This document shows positions 58,701 through 64,000 of a DNA stretch of 64,000 bases, one piece after another. The position numbers and the translations under genes are program-made. The stretch covers positions 564,478 to 628,477 of the forward strand of contig JAFSOD010000004.1 in the NCBI GenBank assembly GCA_017447165.1, in the 5' to 3' direction. Position 1 is the stretch's first letter. Every line of letters starts with the position of its first letter. The notes under the pieces are model-generated. The model ran no database searches. It worked only from the letters and a program-made list of their open reading frames with translations, and was not told the DNA's origin. Source of the stretch: Bacilli bacterium (GTDB taxonomy: Bacteria; Bacillota_I; Bacilli_A; RFN20; CAG-826).

Positions 58701-60135
58701 CGATTCTTATTCCTTAAGCTCAACAGTCAAAGAAGATATCCTCAGCTTCTATGAATACGGTTGTTACATCGAAGGTTATGTGACATTCGAAAGCACACAA
58801 TCTAAAGAAGACCTTAACTTAGTCTATGTTGGATTCTTCGCTGGTGGAGAAAGAACATATCAAGACGCTCCAGTTGTGGAACCATTCAACTTCGAAAAGA
58901 GTAGTAGCAAAGTTTACCCAAGCGATTTAGTTAACGATGTTGCTAAAACCTTAGTTGGTAAAGATTTATGCGACTTCGGAAGTACTTGGATTGTTGGCTA
59001 TGTTGAATCTGGAAAATCATTCAGCACTGAAAGTTTTGAGTACAATGATAACTCCTTATCTAACTTAGCTAGGACATCCTCTAGCTGGCACTTCCTTGGT
59101 GAAGATCCATTTACTGGAAAACTTGCTGAAAATGCTAAAGACCACCTCTATGTTGGAAATCCATATACTTCTAACACCATGATCATTCAACAGTTCATCT
59201 TAAGATCTGTCGCTGATAACTATTTCACAATCGTGAATCGTGAAACCGGCGAAATGGTCTATAAGTCCTGTATGATTGATGCGATGTCGTCATATGGTTA
59301 TATGGGCAAATGGCCTCTATATAAATCACACGTTAACGGTGATAGATTAGGTAGCTATATTGCTGATAAGGCTCTTGCTGTAGTCCCATTATATGATTCT
59401 GAGACTGGTGAGCCATTCCCAGATGGTGAATATGATATAACCTTTAATTATTTACTCGCGGGCACGAATGAATGGACCGGTGATAAATATCAATACACTC
59501 TAGTTATCGATAGCACTGCTCCAAAAATTACCGGAGTAACTCATAATTCCGCTGAACACATGGTGAGACTTGATATTGAAGAAGAAAATATCTCTTATGC
59601 CTCATTTGGTGGAATTAGTGGAGGATTAACTGAAATCTATGAAGATGAAAAAGGTAAATACATTGAAATTGATGAAGATTACCTCTTAACTCTTCTTGAA
59701 GATAACATTAACGAGACCACTGATTATACCGGAAGATTATTCCTCTCCTTGATGGATAATGCCTTCGGAAGAACCGGTGTCATCGTCAGATTCAAATATT
59801 CCTTCAAGACCCATACATATGACTTTGATAACTACATCATGGGTCAACACGCGAACTTACAAATTAGTCACGACTTAATTGACTTAGGTACATATGTCCA
59901 AGTTATTGAAGTTGACGATACCGAATATCATCCAGTGACAGATGAAGATATCGCGAAATTCACAACCTTCATGAGAAATGGTCAGGTTGTCGAACACGTC
60001 GAATATATTCCTGTAACCACAAGTGGTTGTGGCGGTAATGTCGCAGCTACAAGTATCGTCTTATCAACATTATCATTATCCGCAATTGTCTTATTAACAA
60101 TTGCTAGAAAAAAGAAAAAAATAGGAGGTAAATAA
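55795..60135 (+). CDS. cell-surface subtilisin-like serine protease (peptidase S8 with inserted PA domain and C-terminal hydrophobic anchor)
   Basis: Signal peptide. Catalytic triad contexts VIAIIDNEF (Asp), DYHGSHVASTAAG (His) and GTSMAAPNYAG (Ser). PA domain YTGLDVRGKIAVVNRGSTSF. C-terminal TM plus KKKK. An AAAGGAGG RBS precedes the ATG at 55795. Confidence 0.85.
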   Translation: MIKKLAMLATVTAGLFMGANVAGNIPQQQKAPLDARLIVELDRPLSSLSEEGIKNVQDSLISRIRSEVTSNVKVLSNYTVLNNAVGIAVNSQYVDQITNLSGVKSVTKDKLHVIQSTGGYTAKISLSDAEHDYGGPDNISAETMEKPDNTNDGEGTVIAIIDNEFYFRAKHSEKNEAGEEVVVPSWHHETFTSFEELGETVVQRYVPQAKYVQGKTVYIAPKEFENTKHAHAYKKKQKLENTPIGEEGSLYFNSKVPFYFDYGGETPVYGDSYSEDFDVTSASDYHGSHVASTAAGHAEFYKGIAPKAQLVCMKASTEFRSTSFTDAMGLTSFSGFFEMPILNALEDAIDLGVDGINMSLGSNLDDFDSDSITLKTLTRLSNSGILSAISAGNAGKTSYSSLGGYANWTSEMTETGIISSYVNNHSTTSVASAQPTKIFYTQALKVATGNEIGFVAFEDQVVNREGLPKEFKDEHPLKDLFPETTTQYEWQYVPGFGTAADYTGLDVRGKIAVVNRGSTSFSDKYTVAKNMSAVALVVINNDPTANDFNFRFSFGDTKPDIPVVSVLFKDKGYFDGTKGNKSGTITLAKDEIFVNDKEKTSSTFTSDGIAYDLELKPDISSPGDFIRGAVPPQNKEDKADRPLRSYAFLSGTSMAAPNYAGAQSVLLSKEAKGTYGNEPGAMSKDELAAYKATIDMRYLSTANPMLDAEDCPENPGHKTLTSPRIQGAGLVDMGGAYRTDVYLEGADAATGEKTGKAKLSLKNYEAINNGRLDLKFYSHNESEENRTYNAYLTVMRPAIKNDNGVVTKDYTFRAEIDDITAWATRTYWVETVDPVTGQRGFVQRTAPGEVKDKDYYKVSREIEYYATESDIYNAFKDQEDGTWTCSECGELHIAVSEDHCPNCGADHEHHTEDFLTRIPVGKYMYDSTSEEKWVTLPGYDYQSTQDVYIEEKLPLGEMTFAPGEEFHQIDSYSLSSTVKEDILSFYEYGCYIEGYVTFESTQSKEDLNLVYVGFFAGGERTYQDAPVVEPFNFEKSSSKVYPSDLVNDVAKTLVGKDLCDFGSTWIVGYVESGKSFSTESFEYNDNSLSNLARTSSSWHFLGEDPFTGKLAENAKDHLYVGNPYTSNTMIIQQFILRSVADNYFTIVNRETGEMVYKSCMIDAMSSYGYMGKWPLYKSHVNGDRLGSYIADKALAVVPLYDSETGEPFPDGEYDITFNYLLAGTNEWTGDKYQYTLVIDSTAPKITGVTHNSAEHMVRLDIEEENISYASFGGISGGLTEIYEDEKGKYIEIDEDYLLTLLEDNINETTDYTGRLFLSLMDNAFGRTGVIVRFKYSFKTHTYDFDNYIMGQHANLQISHDLIDLGTYVQVIEVDDTEYHPVTDEDIAKFTTFMRNGQVVEHVEYIPVTTSGCGGNVAATSIVLSTLSLSAIVLLTIARKKKKIGGK

Positions 60136-60136
60136 T

Positions 60137-63100
60137 ATGAAGAAAATTCATTATTTATTCTTAACAGCATCTGCTTTATCCGTGATGTTTGGTGTCGCTA
60201 GCTGTGGAGAAGCGCCAAGCAGCCCTCAAGCAGATTTCGACTTCTCCGTTGCCTTTGAGTCCGGAAGAAACACAATTTACTTAAACGAATATGAAGAAAC
60301 CCATATTCCAGAGCACATTGTTATTAACCCTATTAACCAAGTACCAGGAGTTAACTACAATTACACTTACACTGTTATTGGTAGTGGTAAAAACTATGCT
60401 ACTGTTGACCAACAAGGTTACGTTACTCCATTAAAACTCACTGATAACACTGTTAAACAAGTGAGAATTGAAGTTTTAGAAAACGTTACTGAAACTCCAC
60501 GTAACTTAATCTTCAAGATCATTAATAAGTCCCCTGCCGCTAACGAAGGCGCTAACTACTCTTCAGATAAAGATGCCAGAAACGAAATTCTTGGTGAACT
60601 TGAAAGCTTTGCGATGAATAACTTCTTAACTGGTATCACCTTATTCGAAAATGGTGGCTGGGTTAGATATTCTGATCGTGTTAAATTAGGCACTGAAGAC
60701 TATATTGCTGGATATGGCTTTGGTTTATTAGCAGAAGGTTCCTTAGATCCTAACAAACCTCTTACAGGTGTTACTGATGCTTGGTCAACTTATTTAAGAA
60801 GTGCAACCAGTTCAGAAACCTATTCCATTAACGCTTGGGATACCGAAGGTAGCCAAATTAGTGACTTAAATGGTTATATTACTTCTGGCTATTGGAGCAC
60901 CAGAATGGGCGCCGATGGCAAGAGTTATGAATGGTTCCCATGTTTAGCAGCTGACAAGGTTGTTAGATATAACCTTGAAGAAGGTGGTTCATCTTTAGTT
61001 AATAACGATAGACCAGTTCCAGTTGATAACAATGGTAATTTAATTACTAAAGACACTAAAAACGAAAAAGGCTTATACCGTAGATGGAGAGTTTACGTCA
61101 AAACTAACGAAGTTCAATATCGTACAATGGCTGCTGGTAGCCCATATGAAAAAAGAGCGATTGAACTTGAAGACTATGTCACTCCATTTAAACTCTTATT
61201 AACTCAATCCTGTGGTACTTTCCGTGGTGGTGAATTAGCTTCTGATACCTCCTATGGTATTAAAGGCGGATTTACTTACTATAGAAATACTGAAACCGCA
61301 ACTTCTGCTAAAGCTGATGAAGCATTTAACTACGCAACTGGTTATGATGAAGAAACTGGCACCAGAAGTGGTGGAGAATTAGGTATTACTACCGGCTTTG
61401 ATGATGAACTTGGTAATGGTGCTTACATCGAATTTGAATTAATCAACCCAATTGATGACTTCACTGCGATGTATACCTTAAGTAGTAACTTATATTCACC
61501 TCTTCCAAATTCCTATGTTTCTAGTTTATATGGAACTGCCGATAAATGGATTGATGGTGCTAAAGCGTACGGTAAATACGGTAACAAACCATCTGGTATT
61601 TCTGATACCGAATGGTTCCAACAAAATACATTATGTGTTGGTCCTTTCTTCTTAGAAAGATGGGATACAACTTCCCAAATCATCTTCAAATTAAATGAAG
61701 ACTGGTTCGAACACAATTTAGCCACTAACTCTAGATACCACATTGATGGTGTTCATATTTCCATCGAATCTGCTGCTCAAAAGAATCCAGACACTGTTTG
61801 GAACTTATTCAACAGTAGAAAACTCGATAGTGCTGGTATTCCAAAATCTTACTTAGAAGGTCACGCAATCCCAGAAACCGGATTTAATGATTACCAAACT
61901 AGAGGTGACTCTACATTTAAATTAAATGTTAACTCCTGTGACCAAGAAATGAGTGACTACTTATTTGGTCCAGAAGGTAAAATTGAAAAACACAATCCAG
62001 GTAGAACTGTGAAACCTTGGATGGCGAACAATAACTTCTTGAGAGGATTATTCTGGTCCATCAAGAGAAAAGACTTCGCTAGAGATCGTGGTGTGAACCC
62101 ATCTTATGAATACTTTGCTGATGCATACTTAACTGAAATTTATAATCAAGCTGAAGAAGAATATAAGTCTGTTTCTTATAACACCACAAGTGCCCATAAT
62201 AAAGCTTTAACAAACTTCTTAGGATTTGATCCTACTAGCTCAGCTTATAAAGACACAGATAGGGCAAAATACGGCTATGATAAGACCTTAGCTGTTAACT
62301 TCTTCAAAACTGCTGTTTCCGAATTATTAAAGAAAGGTAAAGACGGCGGTATTGAATCCTTAGGTAGTAAAGAAAATCCATATCCAATTACTATCGATAT
62401 TTGGTGGATGTATCAATCCGATATCGAAGAATATGGTAAAGATATCAAAAACTACTTCGAAGAAACCTTTAACGACAACAGTGTCGCTAACGGACAAATT
62501 AGATTAACAGTTAATAACGAATACGTTACTAACTGGGAAGATGTTTATAAGAAACACCTTATGACAGGTGAATTCGACCTTGGCTTTGGTGCTATTAGTG
62601 GTAACACTTTAAACCCACTCAACTTCCTAGAAGTTTTAAGAAGCGATAACTCTTCCAAATTCACCCTTAACTGGGGTACTGATACCGGAAAAATCTCTGA
62701 TAAATATCCTATTACCTATGACGGAAAAGAATGGACATTCGATTCCTTATGGGCTGCTGCTGACCACGGTGTGGTTGCTAAAGATGGCGAAGAAGTCAAA
62801 CCAGTTAAATCTGGCTATATGAAATCCGCTAAAAAATTAGATAACCCAACTGAAGTCATCCCAGGCGGTGATTTAACCGAAGGATGTATCTTAGATATCG
62901 ACTTTAGCTTTGTTGAAGTTGAAAGTAGTGTTGATTTCGACATTACCAAGGTTCAAGTTTATCTCCCAGGTACTGATAACTTAGTTATCACTGTTGATGA
63001 TGTTGAACACTTAACAATCGTCAAAGAAGGTGGCAAAGTTGTTGGCATCCAAATCAAGATTGAAAAAGAAGTGGCAGAAGATATCAACAAGAGACTCTTT

Positions 63101-63313
63101 GATGCGAACGATTTACAAGATGCTTATGATCATGAAACCGACGAGGAAAAGAAAAAGGATATCCTCAAGCCATTTAAGAGTAGTAAATACGACATTTACT
63201 GGTCTGTTGAAGTCTATTATGACTTAATGATTGAAGGCGCTATGCCTGTAGAAAATGTCTACTATATTGCTCCAAGTGAAAGTGATGTCGAAAGAAGCTT
63301 TGCACGCTTATAA
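60137..63313 (+). CDS. very large surface lipoprotein (possibly a solute-binding-protein-like domain), function unknown
   Basis: Lipobox VMFGVASCGE. 1058 aa. Translationally coupled: its ATG lies 2 nt after the protease stop. Confidence 0.55.
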   Translation: MKKIHYLFLTASALSVMFGVASCGEAPSSPQADFDFSVAFESGRNTIYLNEYEETHIPEHIVINPINQVPGVNYNYTYTVIGSGKNYATVDQQGYVTPLKLTDNTVKQVRIEVLENVTETPRNLIFKIINKSPAANEGANYSSDKDARNEILGELESFAMNNFLTGITLFENGGWVRYSDRVKLGTEDYIAGYGFGLLAEGSLDPNKPLTGVTDAWSTYLRSATSSETYSINAWDTEGSQISDLNGYITSGYWSTRMGADGKSYEWFPCLAADKVVRYNLEEGGSSLVNNDRPVPVDNNGNLITKDTKNEKGLYRRWRVYVKTNEVQYRTMAAGSPYEKRAIELEDYVTPFKLLLTQSCGTFRGGELASDTSYGIKGGFTYYRNTETATSAKADEAFNYATGYDEETGTRSGGELGITTGFDDELGNGAYIEFELINPIDDFTAMYTLSSNLYSPLPNSYVSSLYGTADKWIDGAKAYGKYGNKPSGISDTEWFQQNTLCVGPFFLERWDTTSQIIFKLNEDWFEHNLATNSRYHIDGVHISIESAAQKNPDTVWNLFNSRKLDSAGIPKSYLEGHAIPETGFNDYQTRGDSTFKLNVNSCDQEMSDYLFGPEGKIEKHNPGRTVKPWMANNNFLRGLFWSIKRKDFARDRGVNPSYEYFADAYLTEIYNQAEEEYKSVSYNTTSAHNKALTNFLGFDPTSSAYKDTDRAKYGYDKTLAVNFFKTAVSELLKKGKDGGIESLGSKENPYPITIDIWWMYQSDIEEYGKDIKNYFEETFNDNSVANGQIRLTVNNEYVTNWEDVYKKHLMTGEFDLGFGAISGNTLNPLNFLEVLRSDNSSKFTLNWGTDTGKISDKYPITYDGKEWTFDSLWAAADHGVVAKDGEEVKPVKSGYMKSAKKLDNPTEVIPGGDLTEGCILDIDFSFVEVESSVDFDITKVQVYLPGTDNLVITVDDVEHLTIVKEGGKVVGIQIKIEKEVAEDINKRLFDANDLQDAYDHETDEEKKKDILKPFKSSKYDIYWSVEVYYDLMIEGAMPVENVYYIAPSESDVERSFARL

Positions 63314-63329
63314 TTAGGAGGGCATATAT

Positions 63330-64000
63330 ATGAAAAAATTAGCTCTTTCAATACTTAGTATTGCTGGTGTAGTTGCCCTTGCTGGTTGTGGCGAAAGTGT
63401 TACTTATGTTCCAAAAGTCATTGTTGAGAAATTAGTTCCAACAAAGATTTACGTTGATGAGCCTGGTTTCGTCCTATTTAGTGGCGAAACCGCGCAAATT
63501 CACGTCAACATTAGACCACTCGTTGCTGCTAATGCAGATTTAGTCTATGAAAGCACTAATGAACAAGTGGCTAAAGTTGATGAAAAAGGTTTAATTACTG
63601 CTGTTGGCGGTGGTAGTGCAGTTATTACAGTCTATGCTAAAGAGAATCCTGCAGTTTGTGAAACTGTCTCTGTCGGCGTGGAAAATAACGTGCTTACTGG
63701 CGAAAGCGAAGCTGAACTTGCTAATCAAAGAAAATTAGTGACTGATGCTTTAGGTAAACAAGCCACAGTTCAAAGTCGAACATATGGCAAATCCGATGAT
63801 TTAACTGCTGTTAATGTCTATAACGGATTTGTAACATTAACAACCAAAAACGGCGAACACTTCTATAGCGAACATGCTAGACAAGACTACACAATTTCTC
63901 GTGAATTAGGATATTTCCAAATGGATATCGAGGATGTTGAAGTTCGTTCACCAATGGGAAATCCATCATTTGATTCCTTTGCTTATTATTTCTTCTGCAA
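63330..64000 (+). CDS. lipoprotein with a bacterial Ig-like (Big_2-type) domain, 3'-truncated at the window edge
   Basis: Lipobox VALAGCGE. The AQIHVNIRPLVAANADLVYESTNEQVAKVDEKGLITAVGGGSAVITVYA pattern is Big_2-like. An AGGAGG RBS lies 8 nt upstream. Confidence 0.55.
   Translation, partial: MKKLALSILSIAGVVALAGCGESVTYVPKVIVEKLVPTKIYVDEPGFVLFSGETAQIHVNIRPLVAANADLVYESTNEQVAKVDEKGLITAVGGGSAVITVYAKENPAVCETVSVGVENNVLTGESEAELANQRKLVTDALGKQATVQSRTYGKSDDLTAVNVYNGFVTLTTKNGEHFYSEHARQDYTISRELGYFQMDIEDVEVRSPMGNPSFDSFAYYFFC

Noticed and set aside
60137-63313. Calling the 1058-aa lipoprotein an OppA-type peptide-binding protein.
   Set aside because: No OppBCDF permease or ATPase genes are adjacent, and family-5 SBP motifs could not be confirmed by eye. 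It is kept as a lipoprotein of unknown function.

Overview
Low-GC (~30%) bacterial window read with the standard genetic code (TGA is a stop). Lipobox lipoproteins, SufCDSUB with SufU, mnmG-rsmG, an FMN riboswitch and a surface S8 protease suggest a Gram-positive-type, Firmicutes or Erysipelotrichia-like host.

Layout:
- 1..4112: a three-gene operon with overlapping stops and starts (unknown partial gene, RES-domain protein, P-loop ATPase fused to a TIR domain). It looks like an NAD-targeting defence module.
- 4467..23307: a long plus-strand surface-polysaccharide locus. It holds GT2 and GT4 glycosyltransferases, a Wzy-like polymerase, rfbF and rfbG, an SDR enzyme, an RmlC-like epimerase, a DegT aminotransferase, a Wzx flippase, LicD, TagD and a GNAT acetyltransferase. 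It ends in a collagen-like repeat lipoprotein.
- 23.3..28.9 kb: the initiating sugar-transferase gene sits in a region of nested duplications of its own 3' end. These bracket a cargo of defence-type genes: a nucleotidyltransferase with an Abi_2/HEPN partner, an N6-adenine DNA methyltransferase, an HNH nuclease, and a protein with a nucleoside-deoxyribosyltransferase-like domain.
- 29.0..32.5 kb: ugd (with an odd N-terminal HTH) and a UDP-glucuronate 4-epimerase. A second compact operon is inserted after them at 32679..34977: an OLD/ABC-type ATPase, a small Toprim protein and a ThsB-like TIR protein.
- 35.2..39.9 kb: a bifunctional nucleotidyltransferase/aminotransferase, a flippase-like membrane protein, recX and yhaM.
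- Minus strand 39.9..44.7 kb: a small ORF, a HIT protein and two large lipoproteins.
- 44.9..52.1 kb: the suf operon, mnmG and rsmG.
- 52.2 kb onward: an FMN riboswitch upstream of a putative riboflavin transporter, a frameshifted ORF6N gene, a ferredoxin, an ispD/tarI-family gene, a surface-anchored subtilase and large lipoproteins.

No rRNA, tRNA, CRISPR array, integrase or transposase was recognised. Two inferences cannot be checked without tools: the ORF track treats TTG and GTG as starts, and the cps region appears to carry three separate defence-gene insertions.
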